From Phaeosaccion multiseriatum (lineage: Eukaryota > Protista > Ochrophyta, other classes): a DNA stretch of 64,000 bases. The stretch's first letter is position 1; every line of letters starts with the position of its first letter. The position numbers and the translations under genes were made by a program. Of the stretch, positions 23,701 through 35,329 are shown piece after piece. The notes beneath the pieces are model-generated. The model was not told the DNA's origin, ran no database searches, and saw only the letters and a list, made by a program, of their open reading frames with translations. The DNA lies in contig OZ218964.1 of assembly GCA_965112735.1 (NCBI GenBank), positions 1 through 64,000 on the forward strand. The letters are read 5' to 3'.

Positions 23701-26700
23701 AGGACCTTTTCCAAGATGATGGTCACCCTTTCCTCCTTACTGAGGCTCTCCAAAGCACATACAGCCAGACTGCCTTCTTTCCCTCCTTTCCCAACAGGGA
23801 CCTCGCCTTCGATGAAGCGAGGTCTTTCCTCAGGAGCTGAGCGCATGCTGGCAAGTTTCACAGGAGGGTGGTCCTGTCGGTGTGAGTTAGGGGAGGAATG
23901 GGCACGACAGCAGGGGTGAGACTCGACGCAAAACCTTCAGCAGACGATTCCCTCACACAATTGTACGGATGAAAAGGGCTGTAAAGGGCAATTACCAAAG
24001 CACACAGATAGAATGGGGCAAAGGAAGGGAGAGATGGGCAAGAGACCTTCATCTCCTGCTCGCACGCACCTGTGACATCGCAGCGCTGTCCTCGATGAGC
24101 TCGTGCACCATGTGCAGCTCGCCAGCGTGAAGTGCCTGTCTCGTCGCCCGCCGTCGGATCTTGCCACTCGTGGTCTTGGGGATGGTCTTCTGCTTGATGG
24201 CCACCACCTTCGCCGCTCTGAGACCCAAGGAGGACGACAAGGCGGCTTGAGCGGCCTCCACCACTGCCTGGGCCTCGCCCTCTCGCTCTTGGCGGATCTC
24301 GAACACCACCTCCAGTACGCCGTCCCCTCCCGTCTCGTCGGAGGAGAAGGCCGCAATGCAGCCCTGCCGAACAGCGTCAGACGCTTCTTGCACGGCGAAC
24401 TCGACGTCCTGCGGGTAGTGGTTGACCCCGTTGAAGATGATGAGGTCCTTGATGCGGCCGCAGATGTACAGCAGCCCCTCTTCCACAAAACCCAAGTCAC
24501 CTGTCCGCAGGAACTGGCGAGGAGGCAAGCTGTCACTGCCCCCGGCCCCACCCTGGACAGAGAGCTTCGCCTTGAATACCTCCTTCGACAGTTCCGGCTT
24601 GCCCCAGTATCCGGCGGCGACAGAGGGAGAGGAGACCCAGACCTCTCCCGTGGCTCCTGCTTCGCTGACCTCGCCCATGGTGTCGGGATGGACTATTCGA
24701 ATGTCCATAAAGTCTGCCCTCTCGCTCGGGGAGCCGACGCTGGTGAGCTCCGGCCTCGAGGAGGAGCGGTACAGAGAGTCGATCGAGCAGGCTGCTCCCA
24801 TCGAAGACAAGAGCCAAATGAGCACACACACATTACAGAGAAGGTGGTCAGGGTAGGGTGGGGTGTCAGCAACACAAAAAGACAAAAAACAGTGCAGCAA
24901 TAATTGGATAAGCGCCACGCGAACGACACGTGTACGCACCTGATGCCACATGCTCAGCCAACCCGTAGGCCGATGCGAACCACCTGAGCAAAGGAGGCGA
25001 CGGTGTCAGGCGAGGGCATTGGTCCGGCCCACGAGGTGGAGAGGCCAATATTTCCCCCTCTTGAGCTCTACGGGACGAAGCAGGGGAGAGGAGAGAAATG
25101 AGCAGCGGGGGGCTTTTCGTTCCCGCCTGTCATACCTGTCTGAGAGGCCATGGGGGCGGAAGGCTTCTTCGAACCTCTCAACGGTCTCTCTCCGAATAGG
25201 CTCTGCTGAGCTGATGAGTGATACCAGGCTGGATAAGTCCAACGCGGGCTCTTTGCGAGTGCCGCGCACCTTGGCCATATAGCGGGCACAGAGGGCGCAG
25301 GCGAAGTCGGGGGCGACGGACCACTCCACGCGGTGCTGAGAGATGAGCTCCAGCCAGAGCAGGGGCCGCTTGATGAAGCTCACGGGGGACATGTAGTGCA
25401 TACACTGGCCAGTCAGGAAGGGGCCGATAAAGCCAACCACAAGACCCATATCCTGTGATGGGGGGGATAGAACAGCAACGAGGGGAAGAGGCGTACAGGA
25501 GAGGTGTGACGTCTGCGCTGTGACTCGATATCATGCATGGAGCGTGTCCTTATCCTCCTTCCTCTTTCACCCCCCACATACGGTTACATACAGACGTGTG
25601 TTGATCCTTCTCTCGCTTGTCATAAGCATCGTATACCAGATCTGCCACTTCCTCTCTGCAAGAGGGATACACTTCACTCACTCACTCATTCATTCACTCA
25701 CTCACTCACTCACTCACTCACTCACTCACTCACTCACTCACATGGTATTGTGGCAACCAAGAGAAGCCTCGCGCCGGCAGGGTGCCAACCTGAAGGCCCT
25801 CCCTTCTTGCTGCCACCTGCAGAGACACCTCCCTGAGAGTCTGCTGCCTCTCTTGTGAATCGACAGGCACAGTCGACTCCTTCGTCTCCTCCTCCTTCCT
25901 TGTCCGAGCCCTCTTCCTTCGCACGACGTGCTCATTGTCGCCCACCATGAGGTACACGTTGGCCATGAGCGCACCGAAGGTCACCATGACGCCCTTGGGG
26001 TCGCCGGTGGAGCCGCTGGTGTACTGCAGGAAGGCCAGGTCCTCTTCGGTCACGCAGAGCTCGTCAAAGCTCCTCGCTGAGGACGAGGAGGAGAAGAAAC
26101 TCCGGAGCAACCCCCCATCTGTAGCCTTAAAGTCGAGGTCCGTAGGCCACAGCTTGCTCGAGTCAGAGAGCGGATTGGCCCTGTCCACTCCGCGCAGAGC
26201 TGCGATCTTGGAGTCGGTAAGGCACAGCAGGGGCTTGCAGTCGGCCACGATCTTGCTCATCTTGGGCAGCGACTTGGACAGGGGAGGAGCGGGCGGGTAT
26301 ACCATCACCGCCACCACGCCCGCCCTCAAGCAGCCCAAGAAGGCGGCGAAGAAGTGCAGGCCCGGCCCATAGCACAGCACCACCATGGCTCCTTTGGGCA
26401 CGCCCCACTCTTCCCGCAGCATGTAGGCAATCTTGCCCGCCTGGAAACAAGAAAGAAGTCGAGAGACTTGTCCGGTGGGTGGTGGGTGCAAGAAATGTTA
26501 CCCTTGCTGTACGCATAGTAGGAGATGGGCATCACAACAAGGGTATGTCCGTATGGAAGAAAATACGTCGCTGGCTGCGGGCCCAAAGAAGTCCGTGAAA
26601 TCATTGCCTTCTCCTTCTACTCGTCCCTCCTACCTCATCCCACACGGTCTTGAAGGTGTGCGTCTCCACGTGCTTTCCCTTGCCATCATACCAGAAGGCG

Positions 26701-26921
26701 AAGGGCTTGGCGCCAAGCTCAGTCACAACCTGCCGCGCCCTCGCCAGCAGCAAAGGAGCGAGAGTGTGAGGAGGAGAGGAGCCTGCTGCCGCGGCCACCA
26801 CCTTTATGTCGCCGTCTCCCTCTTCGTCATCTGAAGAGATACTGTCGCCCCCCCGTTGGTGGCCGCCCTTCTTCTCGCTCCTCTTCTTTCCGCCCCCGCC
26901 GTCACTGCCATCAGTGCCCAT
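10979..26921 (-). CDS. Giant hybrid type I PKS: FAAL-like A-ACP-KS-ACP-KS-AT-DH-ER-KR-ACP-(TM+beta-helix)x3-thioester reductase; ~11 exons, ~4,600 aa, 1-nt frameshift near 15508; 3' end uncertain
   Basis: A domain: FLQYTSGSTGDPKG, SWLPQYH/DMGL, YGLAE, FLRTGDLGF, IPKTTSGKIRR. ACPs: GMTS, GLDS, GVDS. KS1: DAACSSS/EAHATGT/GHMEGASG. KS2: DTACSSS/EAHGTGT/GHLEGAAG. AT: GQGSQY, GHSLG, HAFHS. DH: HAVNNTVIIP, HPAVLD. ER: GLNFRD, HAASGGVG. KR: GGLGALG, HAAGVQDD, YAAAN. R: LLTGVTGFVG, YSQSK/WVAE. The junctions checked splice in frame via GT-AG introns. Confidence 0.9.
11950..14440 (-). other. PKS region: Pls/PosA-like (NRPS terminal domain, TIGR02353-like) membrane module with three TM + hexapeptide beta-helix repeats
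   Basis: Hydrophobic helices alternate with WWLRALGAKIG..EFDLVHLG, IWLRSLGARVA..DPALLDLG and LWLRAMGAEVG..SFDLVHLG. KWVVIGRYRAGSYP and KWGVVGRARAGCY precede repeats 1 and 3. Confidence 0.8.
14640..21150 (-). other. PKS region: fully reducing module KS2-AT(malonyl)-DH-ER-KR-ACP3
   Basis: Motifs as listed for the full gene. HAFH indicates malonyl-CoA specificity. VQDD is the LDD-like B-type KR motif. ACP3 LMEAGVDSL lies at ~14750. Confidence 0.9.
21230..23720 (-). other. PKS region: ACP1 - KS1 - ACP2 (module lacking AT and reductive domains)
   Basis: FMEAGMTSV (~23625). IAVIGMACRFPGG (~23390). KS Cys-His-His triad intact. Only a short linker separates the KS1 end (NSYAVGGFNAHVIL) from LMEAGLDSM (~21348). 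Confidence 0.85.
24070..26921 (-). other. PKS domain: fatty acyl-AMP ligase-like loading adenylation domain
   Basis: AFLQYTSGSTGDPKGV, SWLPQYHDMGL, MSPVSFIKRPLLWL, AEPI, YGLAE, GEVWVSSPSVAAGYW, GRIKDLIIFNGVNHYPQDVE. Confidence 0.88.
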
Positions 26922-27132
26922 GCTTAAAAAAAAAAAGGAAGAATGGAAGCCAATGGAACAAAGTTAACACCAGCCACAACCCTGTGTCGTATCGATCTCT
27001 CATGCCAAGCAGACTAAGCATGAGGTAATAGATGGTTTTATGGTTTCAAGATTTACCTGTGAGTTTGGGGCTTTGGTGAACCAACGGCCCAAGCAAATCT
27101 TCCAAAAAAAAAAAAAAAAGGGTCTCTCTATC

Positions 27133-27165
<33 letters not shown>

Positions 27166-27493
27166 GCCACTACCATCCGCAGCTTTCTGGCAGTAGTCCA
27201 CATGGCATGAAGCAACGTAACCGCAGCAACGGCCGCGGCGGCAGAGAATGAAGAGGAGGAGAAGAGAGAGGTTTGCAAATAATCCAGGTTGACAGCACCT
27301 CCTCCTCTCTCCTTTCTCAAGACCAGGCAGCTATACGAGCAAGACGGTAAGAAGGCTAGGCTCACTCCATTCCGAGGGGCAGCAGGTAGTCCTTTGCCTA
27401 AGATCGGCGTGGGCAGATCAAGTCTCTAAACCCTCGCCCTCACTTGCTGCGTTGTCCACGCCCCTCTCTCTCAGCCGAGACTCTGCTGCTTCC

Positions 27494-30400
27494 ATGCAGA
27501 TGGAGCGAGCGAGTGCCATGTCCCTCCAGGTCCAGGCGCTCCTCCGAGTAGCGAGCTTCGGGTCCTCCTTGCAGCCGCTGCAGCTGTGGGTGGACTGGGG
27601 GGTGGTACAGAGGAGCGGAAAAAGGAGGGAAGCAGCTGGGAGGGGCGAGGAATTTGCAGGGGACCGTAGCCATGGCAGAAGCTCCACCGCAAAGGAGAGG
27701 GCGGACTTACAGCGCCGGCTGCGGCAGAGCTCGGCCGTGGAGGTCGAGGTCCTTGACCTTGGTCGGCCGAAGAGGGCCCCCTGCGTGTGCGTGGGGCTGG
27801 TGCGAGACGCGGGCCTTCCTGAGGGCACGGCGGATGCTCAGAGAGCGATATGCTCGGCTTCAGCAGCAGCCGTAGCAGCAGTAGCAGCAGGAGGAGGAAA
27901 GGGGGGGGCGGTCGTCCCTGCCGTGGTGGTGTACCTCTCCCCCAGCCTGGCGGCAAGCCTTGGACTGACCACCAGGGATGGCGGTGACCGCGGCGGCAGC
28001 GGCAGCCCTGGACAGCAGCCATGGGAGTGCGGCACGCCGGGGGGGGCAGGTGGAGGGCAGGTCACCCCCCTCCTCTCCGTCGCTCTGACTCCGTGCTCAA
28101 GGGGTCCCTCTCCCTCTGGTGATGCGCTCATCTGCGAGGCTTCTTCCCTCACCCTCCGAGGCCCCTTCCCTCCCGCCGCCCTCCGCCGCTCTCTCTCGGA
28201 TCTCTCCTCCATGGCTAGCGCGAGTGCCACTGCCCCGCCCCCTGCCCCCACCCCTGCCCCTGCTCAGCAGCCACTCCTTCCCTCCAACCTCCTCCCTCCC
28301 CTCCTCGGCGCGGCTCTGTGCGGCGTGGTGCTGAGCGAGGGTGCAGTGCTGCTGAGGAGTCTCCACTGCTGGGACTTCCGAGTCGCGGCCGTGACCACCC
28401 ACGCGGGGGGGGGGGGGGAGGGCCTTTGAGGTGACCGCCAACACGCTCATACGCGTAGAGCCCTTCGAGGGGCAGGAGAGAGGGCGCGACGGGGGCGGGG
28501 GTGGAACGAGGGCCAGCGCGAAAAGCGGCGGGGAAGGGGGTGAGGCAAGCGCCAATAGCGACAGTGATCGCAGCAACGACGAGAATTTGGTCGAGCCGCA
28601 GCCCCGGAGCCTCGAGGCTCTGTGCTTGGTACTGCGGGAGGAGGTGGGGGGCTGCAAAGTGGCCGTGGAGCGACTCGTGGGTGTGCTGCATCACGCTGTG
28701 CAGGGGCAGGGGCAGGGGCAGGGGCAGGGCTGCTGTGTCACCAACTGCTGCAGTGTGGGAGGGGTGCGTCGCGCTCACGGAGTGCTCCTCCATGGCCCCG
28801 GGGGGGTGGGCAAGACACTTCTCGCCAGGTGGGTACTGAAACTGAATCTAGAGGCAGGACTGGCACCTCTCGTCTCCCATCCTCTGAGAGTGCACACCCT
28901 CCAACGTGTATGACTGTGTGATGTGTGCGACATCAGGGCCGTGGCGAAGCACTCCGGCCTGCCCGTCCGCTTCGTGGCGTGCCCGGCACTCTTCAGGAAG
29001 AACCGGTGAGAGGGGTAACGGGCGTGTATGCGTCAAAGAGGGACACACACAGGAGAGAGGGAGAGAGAGGGAAGTCGTCGACCTTTGTGCCTGCGGCACT
29101 CTTGCCTGGAGCCGTTACAGAGACATGTGTATTCGCTCATACACGCACCCACCTACACTCACACCCACACACACACACACACACACACACCCGCGCCCCC
29201 CACATCTCAGGGGGGAGGCCGAGGCGCTGCTGGCAGGGGTGCTTCGCGAGGCGACGACGGTGCGTATGACCAACGGCCCCTTCTACGGCCCCTCCGTGGT
29301 GGTGCTGGATCAGGTGGAGGCCATCGGGGGCAGGAGGGGAGCGAGCACAGGGGCCACCGAGCTCACGGTAAGGCAAGCACACACACACACCACCACACCC
29401 ACGCTCCCACATGCCTCAACTTGAGAGCCAAGCCTGCCTGGGCAGTGTCCTCAGCATGTCACTGTCCTTCCGTCCGTACCGCTACCTGGTGTCTGCGTGT
29501 GTGTGTGAATCTAGGTACTGGCGACGCTGCTGGAGGGCCTTGACCGCCTCTCCGCTTGCAGGGCTCCCGGGGGCTGCTCCGGCTGTGCCACCAACGGCTG
29601 TACCGCCAATGCGTGTGCGTCCTGCCCGTGCGTCATCGTCATCGCCACCACCCCGTCAGCGGCGTTGCTGGACCCTTCCCTGCTGCAGAGGGGCCGACTC
29701 GAGGTGCTGTGTGAGATGACGCCGCCCTCGGACACAGAGGAGGCGCTGCAAGTGCTCGCCATACACACACGGGCCATGCGGGGGGAGGGCGAGAGAGGCG
29801 AGAGAGGCGAGAGAGGCGACAGAGGGGGGCGGGCAGTGAGTGCGGCAGTGAGTGCAGCAGGGCTCGCGAGGGGACATGGGGAGGAGGGTGGAGTGCAGGG
29901 AGGACGGAGGTTGTGCATGGAGGGGGGGGAGGGGGGGGGGGATGGAGGGCGCCGGCTGGACATGGAGGGGCTGCGTTCTGTGGCTCTGCGCTGTCACGGG
30001 TACGCGGGGGCGGACCTGCAGCTCCTGTGCACTGAGGCGGCTCAAGCGGCCCTCAGAAGAGCAGGGCATGGCATGGGGCAAGGGGGCGGCTGTGACGTCA
30101 CCTTGGGGGACTTTGAGGTGGCGCTGGGCAGAGTGCGTCCGAGCGTGTTGTCCAGCCTCACCATGGCTGGGGGGGGGCAGGGAGCCTCTCCGCAGGGGGC
30201 CGTTTCTCTGTCCTCGCTGGTCGGAGCGGAGGAGGCCGTTCGCTCCCTGCGCTCTGCTCTTCTGCTGCCGCTGCAAATGCCCGGCCTGCTTCACGCGCTG
30301 GGCCTCGGCCTGGCCAAGGGGCTGCTTTTGCACGGTGAGGGGCGGCAGTGGAGGCAGGGGGAAGCGTATGGGTTGCTCATGCCTTGGGTGGAGAGTGCGC

Positions 30401-31756
30401 TTTGGGGGCAGACGGAGCACCAGTGAGCAGGAGGAGGCACACGCACGCACGCACACGCGGAGCGGAGCGATGGCACCAACCCCTGCTTTACTCTTGTTCC
30501 CTCCTCTGCTTGACTTGCGACCCCTCCCCCCTGCCCACGCCTCATTGCCTCGCTCTGCCTCCCCCTCCTCCGTCCATTGCCATCCCCTCCCCCTCCCCAG
30601 GTCCTGCGGGGTGCGGCAAGACGCTGGCCGCCCGAGCCATCGCCAGTGAGGCCCGCCCGCACGCCAACTTCCTCGCAGTGGAGTGCTCGCAGCTCGTGGA
30701 TAAGGTAGGCGTCCCAGGGGGGAACGGTGTCCCGAGGGGGGAGGGGTGTGGAGGTCCAGGGTGGAGGAAGGCTCTTACAGCCGCAGTTAGGGGCGTATGG
30801 GCCTCTCACATACACACCCTCCAACGGTCCCCCGTGCCGATGCGTGTCGCACGTGCGCCGGTGTGACGCACCCTACTTCCTCCCATCCACTGCCATCCCT
30901 CCCCTTTCCCCAGGTGGTGGGCCGCTCCGAGGCCGCGGTGAGTCGCCTCTTCGCCACGGCCCGCCAGGCCTCGCCCTGTCTGCTCTTCCTCGACAGCGTG
31001 GAGAGCCTCGCGGGGGTGAGGGGACACTCCTCCTCCTCAGAGCAGACCTTCGACCGCATACTGAGCACCCTGCTCACGGAGATGGACGGGGTGAGGGGTG
31101 GCGGTGGATGGCAGTGGATGGGACTGGCTGTGCGTGTGACTGATGGGTCTAGGGCTTTCGCGTTGGGCTCTTCTGTAACCGCGCACGAGCGGGGGGTGGG
31201 GATGGCAATGGGTGGCAATGGGTGGCAGTGGATGGGAGGGAAGGGAGGGCCGCCGCCGTGTCTGTTCTGCACATTCAAGCTGCTGCTCCTCCCCTCCCCC
31301 TCTCCATTCACCATGCACTCCCTCAATCAATCAAGCAATCATATGCATCGCTTCCTCCTCATCCTCATCATCCTCATCCTCCCGCCTCCCCCCCCCACCT
31401 GCTATATCACCAAATGCTGTAGGTGATGGGCGGTGGGCAGGTGGTGGTGCTGGCGGCCACAACGCGCAGGGAGGACCTCGACCCCGCCATCCTCAGGCCA
31501 GGCAGGCTCGACAAGCACGTGCACATGGGTGAGGCTGGGGATGAGGAGGGTCAGGGTCAGGGTCAGGAGGGTCAAGATGAGAAGCGTGAGGAGGGTCAGG
31601 GGTCAGGGTTAGGGTCAGGGTGAGGGTGAGGGCAAGGAGGGTGAGTGTGAGGGTGCGGGTGAGGCGGGGTCTACGTACTCTTACGTAGGCGGCATTGCTC
31701 GGGCTTGGGCTTTGCTTGAGCTTCTCCTTTGCTTGGGGTTGGGTTGCTCCACTCTC

Positions 31757-31807
<51 letters not shown>

Positions 31808-32308
31808 AGCTCCACTCGCGTCGGTCTATCTCTCTCTCTCTGCCCACTCTGCTTCTCGTCTCGTAAAGAAGCCGTGCCCGCCCCCTCCTCCTCTACCTCC
31901 ACTGCTCTGCACTGCCGTCCCATCCCCTCAGGCCTGCCAGACGCCTTGGCCCGGCGGAAGATGTTCGCCTCTCACTTGGCGCGCCTACCCCTCCGCTTCT
32001 CGGACAAAGAAGACAGCCCTCACAGCCCTCGCGACCCTCCTTCCGTCGCACCGCCCCTCACACCAGGCAGGAGTGCTCACACCAGCAGCAGTCATATGGG
32101 CAGTGTGGGCGCGTGCGCGGAGTGGCTCTCCCTGCAGACGGAGGGCTTAAGCGGGGCCGAGGTGAAGGGGCTGTGCGAGGAGGCGGCCATGGAGGCGCTG
32201 AGGGAGGACCTCAAGGCGGAAACCCTCGGCGCGAGACACCTCCACAACGCGCTGGCGAAGGCGATGGGGCACTCGGCAAAGGCGAGGGGAGGGCGGCTAA
32301 GGGAATAG
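27494..32308 (+). CDS. Double-AAA+ protein of the CDC48/AFG2(SPATA5)-like group, multi-exon; poly-G frameshift near 28420
   Basis: Walker [10 protein letters not shown] and HG|PAGCGKT. Walker B VVVLDQ and [21 protein letters not shown] and [12 protein letters not shown]. Also HGYAGADL and EGLSGAEV. Start codon uncertain. Confidence 0.8.
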
Positions 32309-33008
32309 GCGTGCGGGCCAGCAGAAGGGCCGTCGACGGTACACGCAGTCCCGTGTGTTGGGCTATGCCGGAGGAGGGCTTTCAGTGACTCAGGATGGTA
32401 TCGGGTGGGAAGTCCGGTGGGGGAGAGGGAAGGTGTCTGCGAGGGAAGAGAGGGCCGCCTCCTCCCTCACTGTATGTACTACGTACTCTCGCAGGCAGAG
32501 AACTCCTCTCTCAATGCTCTCACTGCCGTCGCATTGCGTTCTCTAACGTTGGAGAGCAGTGCCAAGAGCAGCGGGTGCCGGCGCTCTCGAGAGTCACAGC
32601 GGCATCGAAGCACGACAGCAGCAGCAGCTGGCCCAAGGCGGTGCTCTCGCTAGGAGGCTCCAGCAGAGTACAAGCGGGGGCACGGGGCCGGCAGGGGGGG
32701 GTGCAGCGCAGCGTGCAATGCCCATCGCTGCTTCGAAGTGCGGGACACAGCAGCGAAAGCTCCGCCAGCGGTCCCTACCTATCTCCCTCCCTCTCTCTGG
32801 CGGGACCACGCACGGCACGCAGGAAAGATGGGGAGAAGCAGCGGCAGGGCGGATGGCAGTCGACGGGGCTGGACTCGGCACTCCTCACCCCAAGCGGGGC
32901 GGGACATGCGCGCCTCCCTCGTCAGCCCCTATTCGAAGAGGCACAACGGAAAACTAAAGGGTTGGGACCATTCATTTGTATGAAAAGACAGTAAAATGAA
33001 GGATGCCG

Positions 33009-33795
33009 CTACTCGGCCTTCATTGCCTTGGCCTCCTCGAGGATGTTGCTGAAAAGCATGGTGGACAGGTAGCGCTCGCCGAAGCTGGGGATGATCACCA
33101 CGATGTTCTTGCCCTTCATTTCAGGTCGCTTGCCCAGCTGCGTGTTGCACAGAAAACAGAGAGAGAGAGGGAGAGATCGGAAACAAGCGCCATTGGTTAG
33201 TGAGTAGCAAGCCAACTTGCCCTCCAGAGAGGAGAGGGGTCAGTTCATCACGAGTCAAGCTGCATCCGCAGGGACGCGGCTTGCGCACAAGGCCAACCAA
33301 CTTTGGCTCCCTGCCTGACCCTCCTCCACGCTTCGCCTACCTCAACAGCGGCCTTGACCGCCGCCCCGCTGGAGATGCCCACGAGAAGGCCCTCCTTCTG
33401 TGCCATGTCCCTGGCCATGGCCATGGAGTCGTCGCTGCTGATCTGCACCACCTCGTCGAACAGCGACGTGTCTGCGTTGTTTGGGATGAAGCCTGCGCCG
33501 ATGCCCTGAATCTTGTGGGGGCCGGGCGGGCCACCGCTAAGCACAGCGGACTGTGGGTTGTGGGTAGGTGGAGAGAGAGGGCGCGTACGTGTGAGGCAGC
33601 GTAGCTCTACCAACGATACATACATTCGACTTTCCATCTCCCCTCTCTCACCTCCGTGGGCTCCACGGCGACGACCTTCATGGAGGGCTTCATGGGCTTG
33701 AGGAACTGACTGCAGCCCGTGATGGTGCCGCCGGTACCCACGCCACTCACCAGCGCGTCAACGTTCCCATCCTGCCAAGGAAGGTTGCAAGAGGA

Positions 33796-33864
<69 letters not shown>

Positions 33865-35271
33865 GGCAGACAGACGGGCATGAAGAGCGCTTCTCATGGA
33901 CTCAAAACATTTCCGCCTTTCCTTCCCCTCTCATCCACGTGTCGCACGTACCGTCTGCTCCCAGATTTCAGGGCCAGTGGTTTCTCTATGGATCTTGGGG
34001 TTGTCGGAGTTGTCAAACTGTCTCAGCATGAAACCATTGTCTCCCAAGTCGCTCAGAATCGCATCCGCCTTTGCCAAAGCACCGCCCATTCCTGGTGAAG
34101 AGCGTGATATAGGCCACGTATGACATGGGGCGAAGAGCAGAGCGAGGGAGAGAGGAAAAGGTGAGCGTGCGTCTTGAGTGCCCTACAGAGCGTGCGTGCA
34201 CAACACCAAGCTTGGGCAGCACACTCCACTCACTCACCCTTGGCTGCGGGTGTCAGGACCACTTCTGCGCCAAACGCCTTGAGAAGCACTCGTCTGAGAG
34301 AGTGATGGAAAATGAGGGGAGAGAGAGGCGGTGAGGAGGAGAGGAGAAGGAGGGGAAGCAGGGCCCTCCAGGCCACAGGAGGGCAAAGAAATACAGGATG
34401 ACGTACCGCTCCATGGACATGGAGTCTGGCATAGTGAGCACGAGCTTGTAGCCCTTGGCCGCAGCAACCATGGCCAGCGCGATGCCCGTGTTGCCCGAGG
34501 TGGCCTCCACGAGCGTGCTCTTCCCGGGGGTGATGTCACCCCTCTTCTCAGCCTCGCTGATCATGCTGTTTCCTGCGCACGAGGGGGGCGCAGGGGAAGA
34601 GGACGGGGGGGGGGTTACCTTCCACACGATAAGACACGGCATGCCCCGCATCTTGCACGAGACTTGCGGCTCATCGCTTCCGGTGCACAGCCCAGCAAAG
34701 CAGCGATTTGCCAGGTAGGGGGATTGAACCAAGGGCACGCACCGATCCTGTCCTTGACGCTGTTGCAGGGCTCCATGGCCTCAAGCTTGGCGAGGATGGT
34801 GGCACCGCATCCCTCAGTGACTCGGTTGAGCTTCACGATCGGGGTGCCGCCAATCAACTCTGTCACATCCTGGGCAATCTTGGGCCGTGTCATGGAAGAC
34901 TCGCTCTGGAGGTGACAAGAGCAGCAGCAGCAGTACCAGTGTTCTGTGAGGGAAAGATTTCCACGGAAGAAGTCGAGACTAAGACTACACGCAGGAACCA
35001 ACCAACTTACCGCCATGCTCATGGGCCTGCGAGTGACGACCGTCGTGCGAAGAGAATCAGTCAATACCCGCGTCGGTGCGGGCAAAACAAAGGCGGACGC
35101 TGGCAGAGGCAGCACAGGACGGGGGGAAGGGAATCACCCAAATGGGAGGTGAGCAGAGTAAACATGTGAAGGCAGCAGCAGCACGGAGGGCAGCATCTAG
35201 CAGCAGCACCCACACAGTCTGCAGTCAGGCTTACCTGTGCCGAGCAGACTGAGGGAAAGCAGGAGCTTCAT
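33009..35271 (-). CDS. cysK: Cysteine synthase (O-acetylserine thiol-lyase), plastid-targeted, multi-exon
   Basis: Spliced N-terminus [19 protein letters not shown] (exon 35235-35271 joined to 35099). Motifs [56 protein letters not shown]. Confidence 0.95.
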
Positions 35272-35329
35272 TGATCGCGAAAAAGGATGTGTGTGTGCTG
35301 GGAAAGGTGAGAAGTGAAGGATCGGGTGC

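Noticed and set aside
31545-31635. Interstitial telomere-like GGTCAG/GGTTAG/GGTGAG run
   Set aside because: Only one true TTAGGG, within an ordinary G-rich intron.
27494-35271. AAA and cysK genes as members of a PKS biosynthetic cluster
   Set aside because: Housekeeping-type functions, with no evidence beyond proximity.
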